Below are positions 1 through 11,751 of a stretch of DNA of 64,000 nt, one piece after another; the first letter of the stretch is position 1; each line of letters begins with the position of its first letter. The stretch spans positions 496,001 through 560,000 of the forward strand of contig MU008166.1 in the NCBI GenBank assembly GCA_010909165.1, written 5' to 3'. The DNA comes from Anthoceros angustus (Eukaryota > Plantae > Anthocerotophyta). The translations under genes were made by a program, and so were the position numbers. The notes under the pieces are model-generated. The model saw nothing but the letters and a program-made list of their open reading frames with translations. It was not told the origin of the DNA and made no database searches.

Positions 1-9
1 GGTCCAAAC

Positions 10-600
10 TCCAGCTCCCCGCAGGAACCAGGAATGAGAACCAGACGCCCCCGACCTGCAAATACCCTAGTAGTTGGGTATATGCCCCGACGCCATCACA
101 GCCGCCAGCGCTCAGAACACTGTGGGTGTGCAGTGGGTCGTGAGTGTGCAGATGCATGTCGATGGGTGTGCTGAGCTCTCGCTTGTTGTTTGACGCGTGC
201 AGGGAATTTATGTTGTGCCTGCAGAGTTTTTTTGAGACCCAGATCAATTCGGTACTTCCAGACATCGGTGCAGGTGAGGTAACATAATTTCCCTTGGAGA
301 ACTATCGAAGGTGCATGCGAAAGTACAGTTCAGTTTTTTTTGTATCGGCATTTTGTTTGCTCTTTGTTGGCGGAAATTAACAGATGGCTTGTTAAGTCTC
401 ATTGAAACCGTTGTACTTGAGTGTTTGTGTTGCTGAGATGTACTGTTCCCTATAGCAGATTTGGTGACTTCGAATGTAGTAGAGGTTGGAGGTCATGGCA
501 TGTGGTTGAGACATCATTCGTCCAGCTCGAACTGAGTAGATGGAAGGAGAGTGGAAAGTGCAAATTTCTTCCAATGTGTGGTGATGTGTCGATTCATCAA
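10..600 (+). pseudogene. Degenerate partial duplicate of TH1 (exon 1 end, exon 2, part of exon 5, with flanking intron sequence)
   Basis: 91-137 matches TH1 6570-6616 (gccatcacagcc...cagaacac.gtggg.gtgcag). 198-340 matches 6700-6840 (exon 2 plus intron). 381-485 matches 7233-7335. Indels (T7 run near 226), loss of the exon 1 donor, and absence of exons 3-4 break the frame. Confidence 0.85.
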
Positions 601-723
601 GCTGAACAGTCGGAGCTGGTTGTAATAGCCTGTGTTGACATTTATCTTCCACCTTTTGAGCACTGAGGTCTGGCTAGCTCAAAGGTTCGGGGTTTGTGGT
701 TTGCGAAGTCAGATTTGTGAATG

Positions 724-1550
724 TTACGTACACGAATGGTCCTCCGCAGTGATGATTATGCTACTTCTGACACCTCTTGTTTGAGTGTCTCTGTAAAGAG
801 GCTCAATGAACGGTGATGCATATCTCTGAGCATGAATGAAAGTCGGTTGTAGTGCGTAGACCGCTCCTGTGTCAGTTAAGTGCCATGCAAGGTCACTCTG
901 CCAAAGCCTCCTTAGTGGGTCTGTGGCAAAGTTTTCTCTTGCCACAAGTCTAACCAGCCCACTCACTCGTACCGAACTTTGTTATGATGTGTTTGCCTAA
1001 GGTTCTGGGTACATGCAATCCCCCCTGAACTGGTCTCGCGGTATCTAGGGACTTGTTGAATGCTGGGACTGGAGATTTCCGTGGATGATAACCGTCATAC
1101 CTTTCTCCATCGGACAGGAAGAGTGATGAAATGGCGATTATGCTGAGGAAATTTCGCATGTCTTCAGTGGAAGTCATGATCTTTGCCCTAGGCAACCCGT
1201 CGGGGTTTGTCATCTTAGTGACCTGCGCATTTGTTGATCAGGTGAATCTCTTGGGCGAATGGATTCTGGTTTGTTTGCTCTGGTAAGCTAAGGGATGCCC
1301 ATAAGGCGTGTATCATGAAGTGATTTGGATCAACATTGTCATGACTGGTATATGAAGCTCAGAGTTCCGTCAGGCTGACGTTTGTTTGCCTCTTCGGGTA
1401 TACCCTCTCCGAGCTTTTGGACAAGGTGATGGTCTCCCACCAACTGGCCTTCTCCGGATCTGATTCGTCAGGGCCTGGTAGATATTGGGATCATCCCATT
1501 CTTCCCCATTTCCATGGAGCTCCTTGAGGATGATCATCTCATATTGTCCA
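724..1550 (-). mobile_element. Degenerate coding-like relic, possibly an LTR-retrotransposon accessory ORF
   Basis: Broken minus-strand ORFs (950-1213, 724-966, including LAWHL...YASPFIEPLY) sit in a repeat-rich block. No RT or integrase catalytic motif is visible. Confidence 0.25.
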
Positions 1551-1649
1551 AACGAGTGTGGAAAAATAGGATGTTAGGCGTTAAAAAGAACTTTGTGAAG
1601 TAACTCCCTGCTCCCTTTCAAGGTGAAGTTGGAATCTGGTCCGAGAGTT

Positions 1650-2127
1650 TAGGTGACCCTAGCGGACTCGATTGTTCTGCACTCTACACTGCCTTCCTGA
1701 TCAGGTGACCCTAGTGGACTCGATTGGTCTGCACTCTGCACTGCCTTCCTGACTAGGTGACCCTAGTGGACTTGATTGGTCTGCACTCTCTGTACTGCTT
1801 TCCTGACTAGGTGACCCTAGTGGACTTGATTGGTCTGCACTCTTTGTACTGCCTTCCTGATTAGGTGACCCTAGTGGACTTGATTGGTCTGCACTCTCTG
1901 TACTGCTTTCCTGACTAGGTGACCCTAGTGGACTTGATTGGTCTGCACTCTCTGTACTGCCTTCCTGACTAGGTGACCCTAGTGGACTTGATTGGTCTGC
2001 GCTCTCTGTACTGCCTTCCTGACTAGGTGACCCTACTGGACTTGATTGGTCTGCACTCTATACTGCCTTTCTGACTAGGTGACCCTAGTGGACTTCATTG
2101 GTAAGTATCTGTACTGCCTTAGTGACT
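1650..2127. repeat. Minisatellite, ~9 copies of a 52-54 bp unit
   Basis: Unit aggtgaccctagtggacttgattggtctgcactctctgtactgccttcctgact, starting near 1651, 1703, 1755, 1809, 1863, 1917, 1971, 2025 and 2077. Confidence 0.95.
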
Positions 2128-2389
2128 GTGTTCCGAAGGAGACATTCATCATCACATCCGGGAGTTGGGATCAGATAGGGCTCCTCTAGTGGAAAGTACA
2201 TGATAATGCCTTCATGCTAGAGGACTCTTGGCGAGTGAATGTAAGATAGGAGCAATTAATAATTATTGGTTAATTAATTAATTAATTTATAATCATTATA
2301 TTTTATTAATATCAAGAAACATATTTTTAGGGAGGCACTTTTAGGAAGTGAATATAATGAAGTAGATGCATTCTTATTTAGGTTTACGG

Positions 2390-2580
2390 TTAGTCTATAT
2401 TTTTCGGTAATACTTTTACTATGAGATTAGTTTATATGTTTCAGGTAGTATTCCTACTATGAGATTAGTTTATATGCACTAGGTAGTATTCCTAATTATG
2501 AGATTAGTCTATATGTTCCAGATAGTATTTCTACTATGAGGTTAGTGTATATGCTCTAGGTAGCATTCCTACTATGAGGT
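2390..2580. repeat. Minisatellite, ~5 copies of a ~38 bp unit
   Basis: Recurring tactatgagattagt(t/c)tatatg...ggtagtattcc. Confidence 0.85.
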
Positions 2581-2739
2581 CACATTAGTTTATTGAATAT
2601 AAATTTATAGTTGGGACAGATACTTCATTTATCCCTTTTAAGGAATAGATATGGGCATTTGTCCTTTCTCTTGTTGAAGATGAAAATGATGATCATGAAT
2701 TTGAGGATGGTGATGTTCCCGATATTGTGGCTGCTCCCA

Positions 2740-3026
2740 TTGAAGTGGAGGCTGTAGTAGAGGTGTTACGCATAATTGTGAGGGAGATCTTCAATTGAAG
2801 TGGAGGTAGCAATAGTGAGGGAGATCTTCAATTGAAGTGGAGGTAGCAATAGTGAGGGAGATCTTCAATCGAAGTGGAGGTAGCAATAGAGGTGTTACGC
2901 ACATTTGTGAGGGAGCATGAGGTTCGTAATTTCGTCACCGTGAGAAAACTACATATCTATATGAGGGAACATGAGGTTCATACGGGCATGAGGTTCATAC
3001 TTTCGTCATCGTGAGAAAACTACATG
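2740..3026. repeat. Tandem ~37 bp repeats (x3) followed by a duplicated ~40 bp unit
   Basis: gtgagggagatcttcaattgaagtggaggtagcaata x3, then catgaggttc...ttcgtca(c/t)cgtgagaaaactacat x2. Confidence 0.8.
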
Positions 3027-3649
3027 TTAGAGACGGATAAGCATAATTACTTAAGGAATGAACTGAGGCTAGGCCAATTTAACATGTTTATTTTTAGGAG
3101 ACTTTTCTTAAATTAAGAATAACTTTTGGAAAAATTTATATTAAAATTTGATAAATATTATCTTCGTTAAATGTTATGCAAGGGGGCACTCCTGACTACC
3201 GACCACTAACATTTATTGCTGTAATTTGCACCCTGAATTCTTGAACTCGAAATTTGAAAAAAATGTAATTCTTCAACAAAATACAGCACCCTCAAACTAG
3301 TATGACTCATTGTATCTCTAGCATCGGAACTTTAGAGCTGTCGTACGGGGAACGTCATAGGAAGTTTAGGTGTGTGTAACCCCCCATGATGTGTATGGTA
3401 GCATATGACGCAAGTTTAGGTATGTGGTACCTTATGAGTAAGGGTATCATTCCTCGTATGGTACCTCACACCTACACCGTTTATCCTTATATAGCATTAT
3501 ATTTATATTTAGAGAATCAATATAGCATTATATAAACACCACTAAATTTTCAGATATTCTATATTGTATTACCTTCAGTTATAGTATGTTTTTTTTCCTA
3601 TTTCGAGCAAACATATGGATATAAAATGCAAAGAGAGAGGCCACCAAAG

Positions 3650-3952
3650 TGCTCTTGATATTTGAATCTCGAAATATTGAAGAGACTTAAGGGTATTATC
3701 GAGACCTAAGGATAAATTAAAGAGCCACGAGTGTTGTCAGTCCTTGAAATATTGGCGAGACTTCACATATAAATATTAAGGAGCCAAGAGCATTCTTGGT
3801 CCTCGAAATATTGGAGAGACTTAGAGATAAATTAAAAAATCTCGGTCCTTAAAATATTGGAGAGACTAAGAGATAAATTGGATAGCCAAGAGCACGTATG
3901 AAATATTGAAAAGACTTAAAGATAAATTAAAGAGTCAAGAGCATTCTCGGTC
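3650..3952. repeat. Degenerate ~50-60 bp tandem repeat, ~6 copies
   Basis: Recurring gaaatattgga(g/a)agactta(g/a)agataaattaaagagccaagagca. Confidence 0.75.
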
Positions 3953-4008
3953 TTTTGAGGTGCATAGTGGCTTTTGAAAGGCAACTGGTCTAACTAGTAG
4001 CCGCAATC

Positions 4009-4503
4009 ATGAATCGGCAGATCTCTAAGGAGGAGGTAAAGAGGAAGAGGATTGAGCTATTGTGCACTGCAACCTGTGACCAACAACCTCCAAGAAAAGT
4101 TGCACGACACAATAATGTGCAAGCTAACTTGAAAGAGTCAGGCGCATCGTCCCTAAACAAGGGTGACGTATGGAGTGATGAAAGGGAAGCACTCTATAAT
4201 AAGATGATGGCAAGTGGTGCAAAGATCAAGGCTAAAGAGCTCCAAGCACATGTTGCAAAAGCAGAAAGGGAAATAATTTTCTTGGAAATTGATCCAAAGT
4301 TCAAATCAAAAGCTAAAAGAAAGAATGTTCAAAATCAAATTGGACGATTTAAAGAGCTCAAGATGATGAAGCCAAAAGAGAAAAAGGAACCCACAAAGGT
4401 GCAAAAAAAGTTTCATCAGCTAAGAAAAGAAGCCAGGAAGGTATGTTCTATGTACAACGAAATGGAAATGAAAGTCAAGCGGAATGCGCTTACAACCAAG
4501 TAG
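4009..4503 (+). CDS. Lys-rich hypothetical 164-aa ORF within the repeat block (possible TE accessory protein)
   Basis: Intact ATG-TAG ORF in AT-rich DNA with basic, coiled-coil-like composition. No recognisable domain. Confidence 0.3.
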   Translation: MNRQISKEEVKRKRIELLCTATCDQQPPRKVARHNNVQANLKESGASSLNKGDVWSDEREALYNKMMASGAKIKAKELQAHVAKAEREIIFLEIDPKFKSKAKRKNVQNQIGRFKELKMMKPKEKKEPTKVQKKFHQLRKEARKVCSMYNEMEMKVKRNALTTK

Positions 4504-5356
4504 AAATGGATGCCAAGATAGAATGCGCAGAAGGGAAATGGAAGCCAAGGCGGAACCGTTTTATATAGGAAATAGTTAATCCCTAGTTATTTAGCTAGCA
4601 CCGATTGCAAGTACATTGAGGTAGAAGTATGCTTGGTCTAGTTTTCCTAACAAGTGCTCAAGTGGTACTTCAGCAAATTTAACTTCACTTGTGACATAAC
4701 TTGGTCATATTCAAAAATTTTAAATATCTAATTTTAAATTTATAGCATCCATCAGACTCTGTGAGTGAATTGTTTAAGCATGAAATATTCAATATAATAT
4801 ACATATAACCTATTCGTATCCGATTTGAGCATTTGCTCCCACTATGCCTCAATTTGCACTGCAGCGCATTATCCAATTGTGGCCAAGAAACAAAATACGC
4901 TGCTTAGAATTTCCAATGTTGAACAGTGAGCCGCAATTGCTTCTCTCAGTTGCGATTGGGTCAACTCAGGGAGAAAGAAATTTATGTCTACTTGCTGGGT
5001 CTTAGTCTCTAAACCCTAAACCCCCCCTATCCCCTCGGGCATGGTGCCCTCCTATGGGTTGTTCCGCTTTGTCTCAAGATGAATTTTTCCATCTCTTTTT
5101 CTTGAATAAAATCTCCAGGTTCCCTTATCCCTAGGTGAACCAAATTTTACAGTCCGCCAGATATTAGTGTCCTATGGATTATTGCTGCAAAAGTTAGTTG
5201 CTGTTATTATCAATGACCCACTGGGTTACTCCATATCAAAATCCCAACGACCTTATTTCAAATGAGAACCCCAGTGGAGGACTTCGATGTACAATGTATA
5301 CTTTGAAATATCCATAAAATCTCTAAATTCACTAGAAACAAATTATGCGGCCCGGA

Positions 5357-5464
5357 GTAGAAGAAAAAAAGAATTTTATTGAAGTCCACTGAGGAGGGAT
5401 TTCCGTCATGGGAGGGAAAGAAGATTTCCGTCATGGGAGGGAAAGAAGATTTCCGTCATGGGAC
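5357..5464 (-). mobile_element. Structured dispersed repeat, copy A (3' end only, with a 25-bp unit triplicated)
   Basis: gaattttattgaagtccactgaggagggatttccgtcatggga closely matches the reverse complement of the 3' end of the 14761-14985 element. Confidence 0.8.
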
Positions 5465-5919
5465 ACCCAAGCCTTCGTCCCCCTTGCCGTTGAGACTTAC
5501 GGAGCCATGTGGACCTTGGCCATCGCGCATCCCTCCGCCGCCCAACCTGGAGGTTAAGAATAACATGTTCGCAGACACTCTCCGGGTGGGATCGGATACC
5601 ACCATATCAGCAACCGAAACCTACATGATCTCCGGGTCAAAAATAGATCTGCCCTAAGCGAAACCCGTTGAGCAAGGTGTAAGGGCGCTCCCTAAATGGA
5701 AGAACCCGCCTTCCCTAGCAATAGAGAACATGACGTCCCAGACTGCCCACTGGACAGCGAGCCAAGTGCGTCCGAAAGTCATCGAAGGCCCCGCAGCTAC
5801 AAGCAAGCCCGATAACGCATCGCGGTGGAAAAAAAAATGCTGGTAGCATGCGGAACGCCTAAATACTAGCCAGAAGCCAAGAATATGCCTCATTTACTAG
5901 CAAGAGCGGAGACGAGCCC

Positions 5920-6038
5920 GAATGGGTTTAAGAATGCCGAGTGGGTTTAGGAATGCCGAGTGCCCGAATGGGTTTAAGAATGCCGAGTGGGTTTAGGAAT
6001 GCCGAGTGGGTTTAAGAATGCCGAGTAGGTTTAGGAAT
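5920..6038. repeat. 19-bp tandem repeat x6, ~200 bp upstream of TH1
   Basis: Unit gggttta(a/g)gaatgccgagt, with A and G variants alternating. Confidence 0.9.
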
Positions 6039-6236
6039 GAAGGAATCCTGGACGAGGGCCAATTACGCCTACTCGTACTGTTTCTCTAAGAGAGACGCTT
6101 GAAGCGTGGGAAAGCGAATCATGGGAGTAGGTTAGGAGCGAGACCCCAGAATTATGCCGCGATTCGCCGGGCTTTGCGCCATGATGTCACGGGGGCATGA
6201 CAGAGGCACTTTCTGCTGGCTTTTGGTGTGGAGCAG

Positions 6237-8916
6237 ATGGCAGCGGCTGTTGCTGCATCCTCTGCGAGCAGCTGCTGCAGATCTTCCCAGCTCGGCCGGG
6301 CTGAGCCTCGCAGCTTGAGGGTGGTGCGGCTCCCGGATTCCTTGTTTCGGGTGAGGGGATACGGCAGACAGCTGAGCTTGGGAGTGAGAGCGCAGCAGGC
6401 CAACATGGGCGGAGCAGCCGTGGCGGAGAAGCAGCAGGCGGAGGCTAAGGAAGGAGCCGTGAAGCGGGTCCCGCGGGTTCTGTCCGTGGCAGGGTCGGAT
6501 TCCGGCGGGGGAGCTGGAATCCAGGCTGACATCAAGGCGTGTGCGGCTCTGGGGGTGTTTTGCTCTACCGCCATCACAGCCCTCACTGCCCAGAACACAG
6601 TGGGCGTGCAGGTGGGCAGTGGGACCTGAATGCTAGTGCTGGAATGTGGGGTTGAGTTACAATGGTTGAGCTGAGCTCGCGCTTTGGTGGGTTACTCCGT
6701 GCAGGGAATTCATGCTGTGCCTGCAGAGTTTGTTGAGGCGCAGATCAAGTCGGTTCTTTCGGACATCGGTGCAGACGTGGTAACGTAACTCACCTCGGAG
6801 AACTATCGAAGGTGCATGGGAAACTACAGTTTTGTTTTTCGCATCTGTTGTTTCAGGGATGGGGGTGAGAGCAGAGTCGTTTTGGGCAGACATTGTGATA
6901 TGCTTGTGTCTCCCTGTGCAGGTGAAAACTGGCATGTTGGCATCTGCTAGTGTGATTCGGGGTGTTGTTGCCGGGTTGAAGGCGAGTCATTTCGGAGGTA
7001 TGCATAATCGAATGGCTCGGGTCTTGAACTGATGGCACTTTATGTGCGTTGGTTGACTCACCAGACCTTCTGTGGGTTGTTGTTATTTGGCAGCTCTCGT
7101 AGTGGATCCAGTTCTGGTTGCAACCAGTGGCGACTCACTGGCAGAGTCTGATGTTCTGCAATCGTTTCGGTACCCAATCCTCAAAGACAGCTCTGAGTTG
7201 GTTTTTTGACATTCTTGAAGCTAGTCCGCCTGACAGATGGCTGGTTCAAGACTCATCTAAACCGTTCTATTTGATAATGTTGCAGAGATGTACTGTTTCC
7301 TATAGCAGATCTGGTGACACCGAATGTTGCAGAGGCTTCAAGTCTCCTGAACGGCAAAGCAATTACCACCCTAGATGATATGCGGGAAGCAGCTGTGTCA
7401 ATCCACCAGATGGGACCACGGTGAGTAAGCAATACATTCGGAGTTGGAATCTCATTCTGCAGGACGCGATGTGGTAGCCTCATGCCCAGCTTTCGTGTCA
7501 TGTAGGCTCCACACTCGAATAATATGGCTGCCTTTCACTGCAGTTGTGTGCTTATCAAAGGTGGACATCTGCCTGGTTCCGGCGATGTGGTGGATATCCT
7601 CTTTGATGGTAACTACTCTCCCTACTCGGAAACACGTTGAGCTCACCTTGTAGGAATCGTATTAATTCACTGACCACTCCTTTTACTGAAGGACATGAAT
7701 GGCATGAGCTTCACGGGCCACGAATTGTAACTCGCAACACACACGGCACCGGTTGCACATTGGCGTCTTCCATTGCTGCTGAGATTGCTAAAGGGTCTCC
7801 TATGCTCAAAGCTGTGAAGGTGAATCCACAACAAACTTTGTCATACAAGTATCATGTGACCTTGCCAGCATTTTGCAGAGCAAGTGACGAGGTGGTACCA
7901 GAGAAGTTTCTTGGTTTTGTATATGACAAGAAAGGTTCGTGGACTTGCAGGATGCAAAGCAGTACGTTGGCCAGGCACTTCAACATAGTGCAAAGCTCCA
8001 GGTCGGCCAGGGAGTGCAAGGGCCTATGAATCATCTTTTTATGCTGTCTACATGGCAAGAGAGCTCTCCTAGGGAGAAGTTCAAGGGTGAGGATCTTCTC
8101 CTCTACGCCGTCACAGATCCTGACATGAACAAACGCTGGGGCCGTTCAACTCCAGAAGCAGTTCTAGCCGCTATCAAGGGCGGGGCTACATTCCTTCAGA
8201 TCAGGTCAGCTCCCTTCCTGCATGACGCAATCCTTGCTGTCACGTCGATCTGCTGGAAATGGCAGCATCTGAAGCCGGTTTGGAACTCCTTCGTGCAGAG
8301 AAAAGGAGTCAGACACAGGGCAGTTTCTTGCCGTGAGTACACTTCTCATCCTGAGTGCTTCAGAAGCATTTCATGCAGTTGATCGAATGTACGAGGAAAC
8401 TGACTTGGGTTGTGGTAATTGGCTGTGCAGGATGCAGAAGCATCTGTCAAGGTGGCTCGAGAGCATGGAGTGCCCTTGGTCATCAACGATCGTGTTGACA
8501 TAGCGCTGGCCTGTGACGCGGATGGTGTTCATCTGGGGCAATCAGATATGCCTGCTGCCCGTGCTCGGTCTCTGTTAGGCGCCAACAAGATAATCGGTGT
8601 GTCCTGCAAAACTCCCGAGCAAGCCAGGCGAGCTTGGGAGGAAGGGGCCGACTACGTGGGCTCCGGTGGTGTCTACCCCACTAACACCAAGAAGGGAAAC
8701 CTCACCATCGGCCTTGATGGTCTGAAGGAAGTGTGTAAACACAGTCCTGTTCCAGTGGTCGCCATAGGCGGGATCAAAGCCCACAACGCCCTGGAGGTCA
8801 TGAAGGATCGCCTACCATCCCTGGGAGGCGTGGCAGTTGTGTCGGAGTTGTTCGACCAGCCAGATGTCATGGTGGCTACACAGCGACTCAGGGACTCGCT
8901 GAACAGTTGTTTGTAG
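6237..8916 (+). CDS. TH1: Bifunctional HMP-P kinase / thiamine-phosphate synthase (ThiD+ThiE), with transit peptide; 10 exons
   Basis: ThiD motifs: [60 protein letters not shown]. ThiE motifs: [35 protein letters not shown]. Approximate exons: 6237-6611, 6705-6779, 6922-6997, 7094-7169, 7286-7420, 7544-7608, 7692-7819, 7951-8204, 8299-8332, 8431-8916, with GT-AG introns. Confidence 0.95.
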
Positions 8917-8986
8917 ATTGCTGCTCACGCGTTCCCGAAAAAACCATCCTATGCCTCAGAAAAAATCTGGAAAATACATCCATAGA

Positions 8987-9876
8987 TTACTCGGCAGAAG
9001 AACTAGTTCTTCCCGAAGACGCAACATTCCTGTCTGCTCCTGTACCAAAAGCTTCCTCTTGCGCCATTCTCTCCAACCGCCGTATCACTCTTTCCACACC
9101 CTCTGGAGGAACGTTGTTCCCGTATTCTTCCTGAAGCCCTTGCGTATGCATTTGCCTCAGCTCTGTTTCGGCATAGCCTGGACGACAAGATACACATGTT
9201 GCATCAGTCACTCGAAAGGAAATGAAACCCCAAGCAGGGAAACCTTGCTCCGACCAGCAAACCCTCACCTAGCGGAAGGCAAATGACTGCCCCCAGAACT
9301 GTTCCTATCACTGCCGTTTGCAAACGCGATTTCACGCTTCCCGGAGCTGCCGAACAAGAGAAGAGAGGGTCAACACAGAGGCACGCACGCCCTTAAACCC
9401 TGAACCGCAGCAGATGCTTTGGTTGAGCTCCTTACATGCTAAGCCAAACAGTCCAGCCGACACTGCGCCAGCAGTTACCACATTAACGGTGTCATGCCTG
9501 TTCCGGGTGGTGGCAAGCCCATTTTGGATACCAGAGAAAGCGGCAGCAAACAAACCCAGCTTCACACCGCCCACGAGACTGCCTCTGGCCACGCGCAGAA
9601 ACCGCTGCTCCATGGCCTCCCGCCACAGCCTCCGCTTCTCCCTGTGATCATCAGTCGCAGACTGTAAGAAGGGTAGCACCGTGTGCATCCCCGCTTCCTG
9701 CACCCAATTGTTCCTTCAGCCTCGACCAAGCAATGGGATCTCAAGAACAACCAACAGACATTGCAGGGCAAGGCACACACCGACGTAGCCAGCGCCTCCT
9801 TCGTGCCGCCATAGATCATGCCTGCAAATATTCCGGCAGTCGTGGTGCTCCCCCAATTGTCGAAATCGAACTCCAT
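8987..9876 (-). CDS. Tim17/Tim22/Tim23 (PRAT)-family membrane protein, multi-exon
   Basis: GxxxG-rich TM segments: AGIFAGMIYGG, RGSLVGGVKLGLFAAAF, RHDTVNVVTAGAVSAGLFG, PGS...GTVLGAVICLPLG. Approximate exons: 9876-9782, a short exon near 9721-9705, 9661-9437, 9347-9270, 9178-8987. The start codon is uncertain. Confidence 0.85.
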
Positions 9877-10040
9877 CGCTTCTGCCGGCGCCTGTGATGC
9901 AAATCTTGTAGAGCAGATCTACAGTCTGCGCGCTCTCGAGCTCGGAAATGGAATGGGGCAAGAAGGAAACGTCATTTCCTGACCCCAGCTAATTAATCAA
10001 ATGAATATTTACAAAATAGTGAAAAATGTTGCAGAACGGC

Positions 10041-11212
10041 TCATCGATACTCTGCAACCTTGCAGTAGCGCCTGCGACGCCCGCAAGGCCACGCTGGTTT
10101 CCTGGTGCAAGCCGCGCTCTCCAGGTAAGGGTCAATGAGATCCTCGGCCGCGTCCCTGCGTTCCCGTTGCCGGTGGATCTCTGCTGTGAGCATTGCCACG
10201 TACTGCGCTCCCATGCAGCACCTCCGCTCCAGGGCGCAGATCTTCCCGTTGTGTAGGGGTCGGCCTGGTTTGAGCGTCACAGGGCCATTAGCGCAAGGGA
10301 TTCGCCTCACCTTCAGGTCGTTGCAGCGGGGGCTCAATCTCCCTGTCTCGCAGCCGGCGTAAGGATGCGGATGGCTGATGAAGCATTCCGGCGCCTGACA
10401 CTCATCTTCCCTACGGCGCACCTTGCATTGCCCGGTTTCCTCATGGTAGTTGCACGCCGGCACCTCGCAATATTCTTCATGCGCTGTGCAGCCTGGGACC
10501 TGGCAATCCCCTTCTTCACCGCCGAATTCTTGCACTCTGAGATCGCCTTCTCTTACGCCGCATCCCGGCACCTTGCAATCTCCCTCTCGGACGCCGCATC
10601 CAGGCACCTTGCAATCTCCTTCTTTCACACTGCATCCCGGCACCATGCAATCTCCCTCTCGAACACTGCATCCCGGGACCTTGCAATCTCCCTCTCTAAC
10701 ATCGCATCCCGGGACCTTGCAATCTCCCTCTCTGACATTGCATCCCGGCACCTTGCAATCTCCCTCTCTAACATTGCATCCCGGCACCTTGCAGTCTCCC
10801 TCGCGCGCTTCGTAATTCCTCTCCAAACATTGCGTCGCAGTCTGGCAAAGTTTCTCCCGCGCCTTCCGCACTCTGCATCCCGGAACTCCGCAAGATTCCA
10901 CGGCTACATTGCAGCCAGCCACATGGCAATCCTCCACCGATTCTCGTCCGGCAAAATCCACGTCCAGTGTGATTCTCTTCTTGCAACCCCTGCGGGCTGC
11001 CTCAGCCTGGTGCATGACATTTTCCCGGGCTTGGGCCAGGGATTGTGTGAGGTTTCTGCATGTCTGCAGAAGGGAATGCAAGGTCTTCTTCGCACACTCG
11101 CCTCTTTGCGCTTGATCCGCTGCCGCCGAAGGAGGTCCGCAGTAGGGGAACCTACACGTTGGCGCGCTGATGCTTTTGCAGCATCCTTTTCCCTGACCGG
11201 TTGCCGTTTTGT
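10041..11212 (-). CDS. Orphan cysteine-rich protein with tandem 12-aa repeats (REGDCKVPGCxV)
   Basis: The frame is open from ~11212 to the stop at 10041. A 36-bp repeat array at ~10450-10805 gives about 13 C-x4-C motifs in total, and the flanks are Cys-rich. The true start is not resolved. Confidence 0.6.
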
Positions 11213-11751
11213 ACTAATTTCCTCAAACAAACAACAACGAGGATGGAAGAAACTGATTACATCATAACCGACCGCAGGACATTGCAACACAAAATTGTCT
11301 CAGATTCTTGCAAACTTCGGCTGTAGTGACATCTCAGAACGACAATGAATTCTCTTCATCCAGATGTTGCACGTTTACAAGACATTCTCTAGTACCTGAT
11401 GGCGGAGAGAGCACAATTCCTGTGCCATCACGCATTGCAAATCCGCCAGCTCCTTGTGCACCGAATCTGCAAGAAGTTTCACTGCTCTTGTTGTGAAGGT
11501 CAAGCTTGGGTCCAACATTCTCAAAGATTGACACTTGCATTTTCTCAATTCCTGACGACGCCTTCGAGACGTGCTTATTAGGCAATGAGAAACAACATTG
11601 GCGAATGAAACAAGTGAGGTATAATTCGGCTAACGATTCTGTTTAACCGAATAAAAATCTGCAATTCTTTGTATAAAAAATTATTATTATCAATATATAT
11701 ATTTACACTTAGGTATATGATCCAAAAAAAATGCACTTATTATACATCATA

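Noticed and set aside
1650-2127. CRISPR-like array
   Set aside because: Units are contiguous with no unique spacers, there are no cas genes, and the context is eukaryotic.
8916-9300. TPP riboswitch after TH1
   Set aside because: No aptamer consensus seen; the region is the coding end of the opposite-strand gene.
10365-11267. 300-aa plus-strand ORF
   Set aside because: Antisense shadow of the 36-bp in-frame repeat. The minus frame is longer and has coherent Cys patterning in and beyond the array.
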